A stretch of 64,000 bases of DNA from a virus, in IMG/VR virus record IMGVR_UViG_3300029258_002856; one strand, 5' to 3'. Position numbers and translations under genes: made by a program. Shown piece after piece: positions 19,176 through 28,674 of the stretch. The number at the start of each line of letters is the position of its first letter. Position 1 is the first letter of the stretch. The notes under the pieces were generated by a model, which was not told the origin of the DNA, made no database searches, and saw nothing but the letters and a program-made list of their open reading frames with translations.

Positions 19176-19517
19176 ATGGCGCAAGTAACGAATGAAGAAG
19201 CGGCCCTGGTTTTGGAGAAGGCCGCGGAGTTCATTGAGTCTCTCGTTTCCGAGCGGGAGAAGGAGGCTCAAGCGGCGCGGACCAAACGTGCCAGTGCTCT
19301 TGCGGAGTCTATCGCTCAAGCCACGGGCGAAGAGCTCGAAGCTGAGGTTGTCGAGAAGATTGCGGACCTCCCCGAGGTTGCGGGTATCTTCGACAAGCTC
19401 GCAGGGTCCGGACTCGTGGATTCCATGGGGGGTCCCGAAGAGGACAAAGTAGTCAAGACTGCTTCTGGTAGCCTGTCGCCGGAAGACCAGAAGTTCTTGG
19501 ATTGGGTAAACGGCTAA
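19176..19517 (+). CDS. Acidic head-cluster protein
   Basis: SD GGAGG before ATG 19176 (preferred over the track start at 19104); EKIA, DKLAG, VKTAS motifs. Confidence 0.65.
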   Translation: MAQVTNEEAALVLEKAAEFIESLVSEREKEAQAARTKRASALAESIAQATGEELEAEVVEKIADLPEVAGIFDKLAGSGLVDSMGGPEEDKVVKTASGSLSPEDQKFLDWVNG

Positions 19518-19533
19518 GTAGGAGGGATGCGCA

Positions 19534-20046
19534 ATGACATTGCTCAACTCGAAGTTTGATGTCGACACGCACGATCCTCACGCTTGCGCGCTTGCAAGTT
19601 TGATGCTCGTGCTCGACGTCAAGAATCCCCCCGCGCCGAGTGCCAGCGGTACTCCCACTCCCGGGAATATCGGGCCTGGTTCCATCGTCATCATGGACAC
19701 CGACGGGAAAGCGATTTTGGCGGACAACGACGACGCCAAGACCAATGCTCCCGCGATGTTCTTCGTGGCGGTGGACGGTGACCAAGACCTCGACGGTGCC
19801 TTCGTGCACAAAATCACTTGCATCCAGGGTGGGTGCGAGATGACCGTCGAGAACTACGTCACTGGTGCATACCAGCCCGGAGACCTCCTGACGTGTGGGC
19901 ATGCTGGTGGCTCTTCAGTGGGGCAGTGGCGTAAGGCTGCGTCTGGCGAACAGATTTACGGCGTTGTCGGTCCTCGGGGCCTCGACACCGTGAACAACAC
20001 GCTCGACGTGTTTCTCCCCCAGGGTATTTCCCCGGCGGTGCCATAG
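19534..20046 (+). CDS. Putative capsid decoration/cement protein
   Basis: 170-aa beta-rich ORF directly upstream of the candidate MCP; SD AGGAGG. Confidence 0.5.
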   Translation: MTLLNSKFDVDTHDPHACALASLMLVLDVKNPPAPSASGTPTPGNIGPGSIVIMDTDGKAILADNDDAKTNAPAMFFVAVDGDQDLDGAFVHKITCIQGGCEMTVENYVTGAYQPGDLLTCGHAGGSSVGQWRKAASGEQIYGVVGPRGLDTVNNTLDVFLPQGISPAVP

Positions 20047-20056
20047 GAGGTAAGCC

Positions 20057-20977
20057 ATGACACAGCAATACATGGTTGAAAACCCCGAGGTTACCGCGCA
20101 GTACGTCAACTCGAACTTCGTCCGGAAGATCGAGGAAGGGCGTACCAAGGAAGCCGAGGCGGAGAGTTCGGCGTTCATCCGCGACAAGCTGCGCCAGGAG
20201 GCTGCCGTCCGCGAACTTATCATCCCGCAGGGAATCTCCGAGGAAGAGATTGACCGGGACGAGTTTACGGACCAGCCGAAGAAGATCGTGGACAAGGAGC
20301 CCGACTCGGTGGCCACGTTCGTGCAGTTCCAGGGCACGGGCCGTCGCACCTGGTTCCGCGGCAAGCGGTACGCCGTGTACTTCGGCAAAGTGGAGTCGCA
20401 ACGCTTCACCAAGTCGAAGTTCGAGCTGATGACGTACACCAGCGACATTCGCAAGATTCTTTCGGACAACTCCGTCAAGGACATGGCGGACGAGGAAGAC
20501 AAGAAATTCTACGAGCTGGTGAACGACATCATCGTGGCGGCTGCGGGCGCGCAGACCACGACCGGCCCGTTCCAGAGCGCGACGTTCAAGGCTGCTATGC
20601 AGTCCCTGCTGGACCGTCGTCGCCCGGTGGGCAAGCTCCTCATGACGAAATCCCGCTACATGGACGCCATCGACCTTCCGGCGACTACGGTCGGTGACGT
20701 GATTGCTCAGCGGCACTTCGATGAGGGCATCGAGGCTTCCCAGAAGCTGTGGGGTCTCCCCGTGGTGACCACCATCAAGTCCGACATCTATCCGGGGAAC
20801 AAGGCGTGGGTCTTCTCTCCGCAGATGCCGAACAACTTCCTGGGGAACTTCTTCCTGTTGCAGGACGCTACCCTGTACATCAAGCAGGAAGCCGACATCA
20901 TTTCGTTCTGGAGCTACGAGGCTCTGGGCATTGGTATCGGCAACCGGCTGTCGATGCAGGAAATCACCTTCCCGTAG
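20057..20977 (+). CDS. Candidate major capsid protein (HK97 fold)
   Basis: Follows protease, scaffold and decoration genes; strong SD AGGAGG; strongly C/G-ending codons; compact 306 aa. Confidence 0.65.
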   Translation: MTQQYMVENPEVTAQYVNSNFVRKIEEGRTKEAEAESSAFIRDKLRQEAAVRELIIPQGISEEEIDRDEFTDQPKKIVDKEPDSVATFVQFQGTGRRTWFRGKRYAVYFGKVESQRFTKSKFELMTYTSDIRKILSDNSVKDMADEEDKKFYELVNDIIVAAAGAQTTTGPFQSATFKAAMQSLLDRRRPVGKLLMTKSRYMDAIDLPATTVGDVIAQRHFDEGIEASQKLWGLPVVTTIKSDIYPGNKAWVFSPQMPNNFLGNFFLLQDATLYIKQEADIISFWSYEALGIGIGNRLSMQEITFP

Positions 20978-20999
20978 GAAGTGAGGAGGCGCGGCTGTC

Positions 21000-21512
21000 A
21001 TGATGAAGAAGCTACGCAATACATCGGGTAAGCGTCTGAACTTCCCCATCCGGGGGAGTGACGGAAAGCGTCTGCGTTTCGAAGTCGGCGAGGAAAAATT
21101 CGTCACTGCTGCCACGGTCAAGCATCCCGCCGTGTCCACGTACATCGGCAAGGGGCTTCAGCTGGTGGAGGACGACTCGTCAACAGCGCCGAAGACAAAA
21201 GAGCTGGAAGTGGAAGCACCTCCTGCTCCTCCAAAGACCCCGGAACCTGAACCAACCTCGGAGAACGAGCCGAGCACGGATGAGGAGCCGGGTGATACTG
21301 AGGAACCGGCCGATGCAAAGAACGCAGTGACGGATGACCTTCGGGAGCTGTACCTTTCGGCACCCGGAATCACCGATGAGAATGTCGATGCGATTCTCGA
21401 GGCGTTCCCGACGGTAGCTGCTATCGCCGACGCCAGCCGCGACATCCTGGTTGAGGCCGGGGTGACTCTCTCGTACGCGAAGCGTCTCCGCAACTGGGCT
21501 CGCTCCCAGTAA
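21000..21512 (+). CDS. Protein with acidic/Pro linker and C-terminal helix-hairpin-helix DNA-binding domain
   Basis: LSAPGITDENVDAILEAFPTVAAIADASRDILVEAGVTLSYAKRL resembles tandem HhH motifs. Confidence 0.55.
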   Translation: MMKKLRNTSGKRLNFPIRGSDGKRLRFEVGEEKFVTAATVKHPAVSTYIGKGLQLVEDDSSTAPKTKELEVEAPPAPPKTPEPEPTSENEPSTDEEPGDTEEPADAKNAVTDDLRELYLSAPGITDENVDAILEAFPTVAAIADASRDILVEAGVTLSYAKRLRNWARSQ

Positions 21513-21538
21513 GTTCCTTTTCCACACACGTCTCTTCC

Positions 21539-21547
21539 CCTACAATT
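21539..21547 (+). promoter_or_regulatory. Class A promoter-like motif CCTACAATT
   Basis: Intergenic, before SD AAGGAG and ATG 21580. Confidence 0.55.
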
Positions 21548-21579
21548 AGGTAGTTCTACACTCCTGTAAGGAGCTCAAT

Positions 21580-21849
21580 ATGTCTGTAGCTGTAGACCAC
21601 AATTTTCCGCACGATGGCGACATGTTAATCGTGAATGCATCGGGTGATCCGATAGAGGGTGTAGTTATTCGAATATTTGAACATACGAAGTTCTTTCAGA
21701 ATGACGTGGATACCTGGGTGGGAGAAACCATCACCGATGCTAATGGAGAGTGGGTCGACCCCATCTATCTGCCGGAAGCACAAAACTGGGTCGTGCATTT
21801 CCAAAAGGCCGCGGAGTATGGCCCAGACCACGTGGAGATTACGACGTAA
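21580..21849 (+). CDS. Hypothetical beta-rich protein
   Basis: 89 aa with SD. Confidence 0.65.
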   Translation: MSVAVDHNFPHDGDMLIVNASGDPIEGVVIRIFEHTKFFQNDVDTWVGETITDANGEWVDPIYLPEAQNWVVHFQKAAEYGPDHVEITT

Positions 21850-22376
21850 TGTACTCGGCGTTGCTGGTGGGGGCGGGTATCCTCATCATCATCCTCGTGG
21901 TGATGTTTCATTTTCGCATGCTCCTCTACCGTCATACCCAACTCGTGAAAAAGAAGGATAGCATCCCGCCGCCAGTTGAAGACGGAAATTTGGAGAAGCT
22001 CCAAGAGCTGACCTCGAAGCTTGAAAAGAGGGATAGCGCCCTTTACAAGAGTGACTTCCGGTTCAAGGCAGTGGCGGACATCGCGTTCTGTGGGATATTC
22101 ATCCATAAAGATGGGGTCGTGGCCTTTGCTAACGAGACCTTTGCAGAGTTGGTAGGCCTTTCAGTCGGAGAAGTAGTAGGCCGCGATTGCATGGATTGGG
22201 TGCACACCGAAGACGTCTTCAAGGTGGAGAACCACATCCAGCAGAACACCCAACGGGCAATCCACATTCGATTGAAAACTTTCCGGGGGGTCTATGAGCG
22301 CGTACGAACCCGGGGGCAGAACATTTACTACCCGGGAATCGGAGACTGTCGTATTGTAGCTGTAGCGGAGCTGTGA
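21849..22376 (+). CDS. Membrane-anchored standalone PAS-domain protein
   Basis: ATG 21849 is coupled to the previous stop. N-terminal TM (LLVGAGILIIILVVMF), short coiled coil, then PAS-like RFKAVADIAFCGIFIHKDGVVAFANETFAELVGLSVGEVVGRDCMDWVHTED. Confidence 0.7.
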   Translation: MYSALLVGAGILIIILVVMFHFRMLLYRHTQLVKKKDSIPPPVEDGNLEKLQELTSKLEKRDSALYKSDFRFKAVADIAFCGIFIHKDGVVAFANETFAELVGLSVGEVVGRDCMDWVHTEDVFKVENHIQQNTQRAIHIRLKTFRGVYERVRTRGQNIYYPGIGDCRIVAVAEL

Positions 22377-22377
22377 C

Positions 22378-22635
22378 ATGGGTGATGGGCGCGAACTGAC
22401 TGGACCTGTTGACCTCAACCCCGAGAGTTGGGGCGCGTGGAGACACCACATTCTCAAGGAGATAAAACGCCTTGGTGAACGCCAGGAAGCACTTAACACA
22501 ACTCTGACTAAAATTCATATTGAGCTTGCGATGCTCAAAGTGAAGTCCGGGATATGGGGCTTGATTGGTGGGGCGATACCCGTCATCATTGGTCTCGTAT
22601 TTTTCGTTTTGAAAATCTGGACCAAAGCAGAGTGA
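22378..22635 (+). CDS. Holin-like small membrane protein (coiled coil + C-terminal TM)
   Basis: 85 aa; C-terminal TM GIWGLIGGAIPVIIGLVFFVL. Confidence 0.45.
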   Translation: MGDGRELTGPVDLNPESWGAWRHHILKEIKRLGERQEALNTTLTKIHIELAMLKVKSGIWGLIGGAIPVIIGLVFFVLKIWTKAE

Positions 22636-22642
22636 GGGAGCC

Positions 22643-23110
22643 ATGGAAATCATCGTAGGGAACAACCCAATCGCCGTTCGGCAGGAACTCCTTGCCGCAC
22701 AACAACTCCTCGGCGATGCCCCAGAGCTTTCGGGGACCGCGCTGGTCATCGTGGCCAACGACGGGGAGATTTACAAATACGGCGATGAGAGCACGCAGGC
22801 AGTAGTCGCGGGGGATAAGGGCGGCGAATTTGCTTTCGGGTTATCCGAAGCCGTGTTGCTCCTGGAAGTTCACGCAGAGCTTGGAAGTGGAAGTGTCATC
22901 ACCGTCAAGGTAGTTGACTCAGATGACGCACATCCGAGGGTAGAACTTGTGGGACAATCCGGAGACGGGAAGTCTTACCGCTTTTCCGCCCTCGACAAGG
23001 TGTACTTACTCCCGGGCCAGAAGCTTGTTGTGGAAGAAACTACTTCGGGCGTACCAACGGCGGGAGATAAGTACGTCACCGTGTACGTCGCTAAGCAACG
23101 GGCATACTAA
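22643..23110 (+). CDS. Hypothetical structural protein
   Basis: 155 aa, SD GGGAG, in the neck region. Confidence 0.65.
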   Translation: MEIIVGNNPIAVRQELLAAQQLLGDAPELSGTALVIVANDGEIYKYGDESTQAVVAGDKGGEFAFGLSEAVLLLEVHAELGSGSVITVKVVDSDDAHPRVELVGQSGDGKSYRFSALDKVYLLPGQKLVVEETTSGVPTAGDKYVTVYVAKQRAY

Positions 23111-23583
23111 TGGCAGTCACGCTAATCCAGAACCGGGTGCCGTTGACTACCGACGACATCCGCGCGTTCTTGCGTGACCAGCCGAAGTACAACCCTCTTT
23201 TGCTCGACGGGATTGAGTTTACCGACGACGATATCACTAAAGCTATCGGCTTGGCAGTTGCCAAATACGATGCGCTAACGCCCATCAGCCAATCTCCCCG
23301 GAGCGGGGAAACTCTCAACGAGTACGTGCTGCTCTGTGGCGTGTGCGCCATCTTGATGCGCTCGGAGGGTAATCGCCAGCTCCGGAATCAGGTGACCGCA
23401 CAGGACGGCAACATCGCTCCGGTCGGACTTGACGAGAAGCAAGCGCTCTACTCCCAGTGGGCGGATTACTACCAGAAGGAGTTCGACTTCCACGCACGTC
23501 AAATCAAGACTCAGATAAACCTCGAGTCATGCTACGGAGGCTTCAGCTCCGGCTACCGGTACATTGGTAGGTACACCGTATGA
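23110..23583 (+). CDS. Putative head-tail connector/neck protein
   Basis: 157-aa helical ORF in the expected position after head genes. Confidence 0.45.
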   Translation: MAVTLIQNRVPLTTDDIRAFLRDQPKYNPLLLDGIEFTDDDITKAIGLAVAKYDALTPISQSPRSGETLNEYVLLCGVCAILMRSEGNRQLRNQVTAQDGNIAPVGLDEKQALYSQWADYYQKEFDFHARQIKTQINLESCYGGFSSGYRYIGRYTV

Positions 23584-24467
23584 CGCATGGGACTCCCCAT
23601 TCGGTCGTGGCGCATAAACAGTTCTCCCCTGTGGAGACGCGTAATGCTCCTTTGCGCATTGCGTACACCCGCAAGTACATCATGTGGCCGAGGCGCGTAT
23701 TTTTGCAGTGGTTAATCAGGAATCCGAAGCCCGCCACAAATTTCCAATTCCAAGTTTATCGGTCGGGAAGTCCCGAAGGTGAGTGGGAGCACATCGGTGT
23801 CGACCTCGATGATGTTTACTACTTCGTCGATGAGGACTTCGCCGGGGACGCTGAATCCCCCGACCTTTTTTCCATCTTGCGTACTCTCTACTACAAAGTC
23901 ACGGTGGTGGGCTCCGACAGCAGCACTGCGGAAGTCATCGAGAACACCGGTCCTTGGCTAGATAGACGTCGTGCGGGTCTCCATCGAAAGCTCGTACGGG
24001 ATGCTCATCGCGCCCTGCAAGTTGCCAACGGTACTGAAGTAGCAGTCTTTAAAAAGCGCCGATGGGGAGAACTCTGTGACTGCCTGTCCTCCACAGGACA
24101 ACCCACACAGTCGCACTGTTCCACGTGCTACGGAACTAAGTATAAGGGAGGCTACTGGAATCCCGTCTACACCTACGCATGGCGCGGGACACGACCGGTA
24201 AGTGTTCAGGCCGCTCTTCAAGGGGAAGTGGAAATACGCAAGATAAACGTGATAATGCCGAATGTCCCCCAGGTTGAGCCGGGAGACTTCTTGGCCTTCT
24301 TACGTGATGGTAGGCGTTACACCGTAAAGGAAGCATTGCCGACACAGATACATAACGTGGATGTGCACCAGGAGTTGGTGGTCTCGGAACTGAACCCCTC
24401 CTCCGTGGAGTTTGGATTGGACATCGGTCCTTGGGAAGACCCTTGCTGGTGGGTGACCAATGAGTAA
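23580..24467 (+). CDS. Putative neck/head-closure protein (FN3-like N-terminus, Cys cluster)
   Basis: FQVYRSGSPEGEW...YYKVTVV; CDC...CSTCYGT; GDFLAFLRDGRRYTV. Confidence 0.5.
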   Translation: MTHGTPHSVVAHKQFSPVETRNAPLRIAYTRKYIMWPRRVFLQWLIRNPKPATNFQFQVYRSGSPEGEWEHIGVDLDDVYYFVDEDFAGDAESPDLFSILRTLYYKVTVVGSDSSTAEVIENTGPWLDRRRAGLHRKLVRDAHRALQVANGTEVAVFKKRRWGELCDCLSSTGQPTQSHCSTCYGTKYKGGYWNPVYTYAWRGTRPVSVQAALQGEVEIRKINVIMPNVPQVEPGDFLAFLRDGRRYTVKEALPTQIHNVDVHQELVVSELNPSSVEFGLDIGPWEDPCWWVTNE

Positions 24468-25200
24468 CGGCGGCTGTAGAATCATAACGACGCCCGACGA
24501 TTGGCGCGGCCAACCCCTTCCGATACTCGAGGGGGAGAGCCCCCTTATTGCTCCTGGTACTCCTCTGGCAGTCATCGGTCTCTTCATGGCGGCAATCCGC
24601 TATCGCTTTACGGATCCCGGAAATGGTGAACCGCTGCCCTGGTACTGGGACATTGAGTTGACTCCCGAAAGCGAGTGCGAGGAGCCCGTGGACAACCGAC
24701 AGAAGCTCCTCGTCGAAGCCGGATTCAACGTTGATTCTTCCTCTCGAAATTATCGCCCCGCTATTTATGTTGACCGCAATGGAGACGTTATTGCGACGAA
24801 GGTGGTTCTCGACAACCGTGCGGGCCAAGACCTTCCCAGTACCGAGAAGGCCTACTTTGCTCTGGCAGAATTTCCCCTCTTGATTGAATGCGATTCCGAG
24901 ACGCCCGCAGAGTCTGCCATCTTGGCGGACACGGTATGGTTTTTTCTTTTGGCTACCCGGGATGTGTATCGGGAGAACTTCGGACTCTACAACATCAGCG
25001 AGCCGACTCTAGGTCCTACCCGCCATGCGGAGTACGACAAAGAAATCTGGCAGACGACTATTCAATTCACTGTTCAGATTGAATTGCGGTGGGGCACTCG
25101 TCCGATTGCACCTCTCCTCCGGGACATTGCGGCGAAGATTCAAGACAGCGGCAACCCCGACGTATACTACCACCAGATAGCACTACGCGAATTCAGATGA
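24460..25200 (+). CDS. Putative tail completion/terminator protein
   Basis: Directly precedes the sheath gene; 246 aa. Confidence 0.45.
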   Translation: MSNGGCRIITTPDDWRGQPLPILEGESPLIAPGTPLAVIGLFMAAIRYRFTDPGNGEPLPWYWDIELTPESECEEPVDNRQKLLVEAGFNVDSSSRNYRPAIYVDRNGDVIATKVVLDNRAGQDLPSTEKAYFALAEFPLLIECDSETPAESAILADTVWFFLLATRDVYRENFGLYNISEPTLGPTRHAEYDKEIWQTTIQFTVQIELRWGTRPIAPLLRDIAAKIQDSGNPDVYYHQIALREFR

Positions 25201-25204
25201 GGAC

Positions 25205-25213
25205 CCTATAATT
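25205..25213 (+). promoter_or_regulatory. Class A promoter-like motif CCTATAATT
   Basis: Perfect TATAAT immediately upstream of the sheath gene SD AAGGAG. Confidence 0.6.
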
Positions 25214-25252
25214 GGTCAGCGTTGAACGAAAATGACATCAAGGAGTTGACTC

Positions 25253-28027
25253 ATGGCGGTACAGCGACCAAACGTTCTTGTTTTTCAGGAGTACCAGACC
25301 ATCTCGGTAGCTCCGGACATCCCCGACTTGAACGTTCTTATCGTCGGTCCTTGCTATCAGCTTCTGGACTACCTGGACGATAAAGACGACATCTACGCGG
25401 CGGACTACGGTACGCTGGACCAGTCGATGGCGGACTACGGGACTCCAGACCCAGTAGTTATCACTTCGCCACCGGACATCGAGGCCGGTGCTATCCTGGA
25501 TTCGGAAAGCGTGAAGATTTTCTTCGATGAACTCCGCGCTGTACTCCTCCGTAACTCCAGTCCCGGTGTCGACGACGCAACCTTCTTCGCCGGGGACAAC
25601 CTCTTCCTGGCCTGGAACGGGACCACAGGTGTGCACTTCGGTGTGGCCGGTGTCGAACCCGGGGACAAGCTCATCACGGAGAGTGGCCCTTCGTCGGCGG
25701 ACTACATCAAGACCGTCAAGGCGTTGGCATACAAGCTCTGGGACCAGGGGGGCGGCGGTACCACTGTCGACTTCCAGGCTGCCGGAGTCGTAGCCGGGGA
25801 CACCCTCGAGATTTTCGACGACCAGGCTACCAACTCCCGCAACGGTACCTATCCCATCAAGGGTATCTGGCAGCAGGGCAACCCCCTGACGGAAGAGGCT
25901 ACCGCGGTCGAGGTCGAAGGCGGTGCCCTCCTGGTCGGGCAGGTTGATGAGTGTCACATCCGGGTGACCTCTGCCGGGGGTACGGTCAAGATCGATACCT
26001 CCGACGACCCCAGCCCCTCGACGCACCGCGTTGAACTGGGGGATTGGTGCCATGCTCGGATGACCACGGACTTCGGAACCGACAACCATGCTTCAGACCG
26101 CGACTGGCGTGTGGAGCGTGAGCTGGATGACATCGAGATTGACGACAGCTACGTGACCGTGGAGGGACAGGTCGTCACCGTCGATGAGCTCGGTACCGGG
26201 GTTGAGGTTGAGGTGAACGAGACGCTGGGCAACAAACCGGTGTCGTTTGCCGAAGTCTACATGGAGTACCGGGCTCTCCGTCAGGACCTCCAGCGCGTTA
26301 TCGAAATCGATTCGGACCGGGCGATGGAAGATACGCTCGGGAAGCTCGACGCTCGCAATCCGCTGTACGTGGGGGCCTTCCTCGCTGCGCAGAACACCAC
26401 GACTCCCGTGAAGGTTTACGGCGTTAAGTCGGATGACCTCTCGGGCTACAACGACTTCATCGACCGCATCAGCGCCGAGCGTGAAGTCTACGCCATCGTC
26501 CCCCTCACCTACGAGACCAGTGTTCTGGGCGTCTTGAAGGTGATGGCGGAGAACTACGCCGACCCGACCTACGTGCTGGACAACGGCATCCGGCAGAAGT
26601 TCCGGGTCATCCTCGGAGCGGTGGACCTTGTTACCCAGCAGTACGTCACCGCTGAGACAGGTGGGGCGTCCACCCAGCAGATTGCGACCCCCGCGCCGAC
26701 CGGGAAGAAGACCCTTACCGTGGCCCCGGTGGACGGTGGAGGCCCCGTCGACCCGGGCTTCGATACGTTGCCGATGGTCCCGGGCCAGAAGGTACTCATC
26801 ACCGATGTCGGTGGCGCTACGACTTACGGCCCGTACACCGTGGCACATGTGAACGCCAGCGACATACTCGAGACGGACGAGGCGCTCAACGCAGCCATCG
26901 TCTCGGGGCTCGCGCTCTCAGCGGCGGGTGACAAGATCGAAGTATTCGAGGCGGACGGGACCACGCTGGTGACCTCCATCGAGGTCGGAGTGGCGGGCAT
27001 CCTGTCCATTACTTTCACGGGGACGGACCTCGACCAGCTCTACAACACGCTCTACTGCCCGACTGCCACCTTCATCGATGACGGTATTATCCCCGGCGAC
27101 ATCGTGCAGATTCCGGAAGACCCGGACAGCAACATCAGCTGGGACAACTACCAGTCATGGGTGGTTGCGTCTGTCGATTCCCAGACCCGACTCACCATCG
27201 TCAACAACGGGACGAACTCCTCGACGGTGGCGAACGAGCTTCCGCACCTCATCAAGAGGGATGGAACTCCAGTGGACCGGGACGTCACCAACGGTCAAAT
27301 CTGGTTCCGGGTGCAGCGGAACATGACCAAGAGCGAGCAGGTAACCTATATGGTTCAGGTCGCGCAGAGCTTCAGCAGCAAGCGCGTCGTGCTCGCCTAC
27401 CCGGACGAGATCGATGTCACGGACCTGGTGGACGGCAGCAAGGACCGCGGTACGGGGACCACTCCGGTGGCTGCGGACGCTCAGCCCGGGTACTACCTGG
27501 CGTGCTGCATCGGCGGTCAGACTGCTGGTCAGCCCCCGCAACAGGGCTTCACGAATCTGGGCATCAACGGGGTCGACCGCATCTACAACTCGAGCGAATA
27601 TTTCACCGAGGCTCAGCTCACGGACCTGTCCAACGGCGGCGTGTACGTCTTCGTGCAAGACAACCCCGACGCGCTCCCCTACTCCATCCACGAGGTCACC
27701 ACAGATGTGCTGGCGCTGGAGACGGGCGAGTACATGGTGGTGAAGGACTTCGACTTCGTTGCCTGGACGTTCCTCGACACGCTCTATCCGTTCATCGGAC
27801 GGTGGAACATCAACAAGGACACCCTGGAATTCATCCGCAAGGCACTGTACGCGACGATTGCCAACCTGCAATCCCGCTACGTAGCGCGCATCGGCGCTCC
27901 GCTCATCGGGGCTACGGTGGATGACGTGTTCCAGGCGACGGAACTCAGCAAGGACCGCGTGGAAGCGTACGTGAGCGTGGACTTGCCGATGACCTTGAAC
28001 ATCATCGGACTGCACTTGGTGGCGTAA
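25253..28027 (+). CDS. Tail sheath protein with large insertion domains
   Basis: 924 aa. Sheath-like C-terminus: RVVLAYPD, PGYYLACCIGG, QGFTN, QLTDLSNGGVYVFVQ, HEVTTD, EYMVVKDFDFV. Confidence 0.8.
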   Translation: MAVQRPNVLVFQEYQTISVAPDIPDLNVLIVGPCYQLLDYLDDKDDIYAADYGTLDQSMADYGTPDPVVITSPPDIEAGAILDSESVKIFFDELRAVLLRNSSPGVDDATFFAGDNLFLAWNGTTGVHFGVAGVEPGDKLITESGPSSADYIKTVKALAYKLWDQGGGGTTVDFQAAGVVAGDTLEIFDDQATNSRNGTYPIKGIWQQGNPLTEEATAVEVEGGALLVGQVDECHIRVTSAGGTVKIDTSDDPSPSTHRVELGDWCHARMTTDFGTDNHASDRDWRVERELDDIEIDDSYVTVEGQVVTVDELGTGVEVEVNETLGNKPVSFAEVYMEYRALRQDLQRVIEIDSDRAMEDTLGKLDARNPLYVGAFLAAQNTTTPVKVYGVKSDDLSGYNDFIDRISAEREVYAIVPLTYETSVLGVLKVMAENYADPTYVLDNGIRQKFRVILGAVDLVTQQYVTAETGGASTQQIATPAPTGKKTLTVAPVDGGGPVDPGFDTLPMVPGQKVLITDVGGATTYGPYTVAHVNASDILETDEALNAAIVSGLALSAAGDKIEVFEADGTTLVTSIEVGVAGILSITFTGTDLDQLYNTLYCPTATFIDDGIIPGDIVQIPEDPDSNISWDNYQSWVVASVDSQTRLTIVNNGTNSSTVANELPHLIKRDGTPVDRDVTNGQIWFRVQRNMTKSEQVTYMVQVAQSFSSKRVVLAYPDEIDVTDLVDGSKDRGTGTTPVAADAQPGYYLACCIGGQTAGQPPQQGFTNLGINGVDRIYNSSEYFTEAQLTDLSNGGVYVFVQDNPDALPYSIHEVTTDVLALETGEYMVVKDFDFVAWTFLDTLYPFIGRWNINKDTLEFIRKALYATIANLQSRYVARIGAPLIGATVDDVFQATELSKDRVEAYVSVDLPMTLNIIGLHLVA

Positions 28028-28662
28028 TGCACGACCTTTTCACCAAGCTGGGAGAAGCCTACGCGTTGAAAACGTGTGGGTATTCTCCTGCCCAGGTGAA
28101 GCAGGCCTTCATGCTCCGTGGGCTGACAGAAGCAGACGCTGATGGGCTGGTGAAGGAAGCGTGGTGGGGTGCCCTGGCTAAAGGGCTAGCTCGCGGGGCG
28201 GGGATGCTCGCTAAAGCCGTTGGCCGGGGTGGGGCAAAAGCCGTGGCTAAGGGTGCACCGTCGTTGAGTAAAATCAAACCCCTGGCGCAAGGTGCGGGAA
28301 AGATAGTACCGACGGCTAAGGGTGCACCGTCGGTGTTGACCTCCATGTCGACCATGCAGCGTACCGCAGGCCCACAGTCCAAGATGCTCCGTGGGATGTT
28401 ACAGGGCGGCAAGTGGAGTCAGCGGGCTGGAGGAATGCTTCAGCGCGGGGGGCAAGCACTGAGCAGTGCCATGTCCGGGATGGCTCAAGCACCAGGACGT
28501 ACGCTGTGGCGTGGAGGCGGGAACTTCATGCGTGGTATGATGTTCTCACCCCAGGCACGGGGAGTTGGCGGCGCTCTAGGAAAGGGAGTGTCCGCTTATT
28601 CGATGGGAAGCATGCTGCTGCCAGCGGGACAACCGCAAATGCCGCAGCCGCGTTACTACTAG
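28027..28662 (+). CDS. Basic Gly/Ala-rich putative virion internal protein
   Basis: G-x4-L-x3-G motif, KQA and KEA motifs, amphipathic basic body, P/Q/Y-rich tail. Confidence 0.6.
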   Translation: MHDLFTKLGEAYALKTCGYSPAQVKQAFMLRGLTEADADGLVKEAWWGALAKGLARGAGMLAKAVGRGGAKAVAKGAPSLSKIKPLAQGAGKIVPTAKGAPSVLTSMSTMQRTAGPQSKMLRGMLQGGKWSQRAGGMLQRGGQALSSAMSGMAQAPGRTLWRGGGNFMRGMMFSPQARGVGGALGKGVSAYSMGSMLLPAGQPQMPQPRYY

Positions 28663-28674
28663 GAGGATGCGAGG

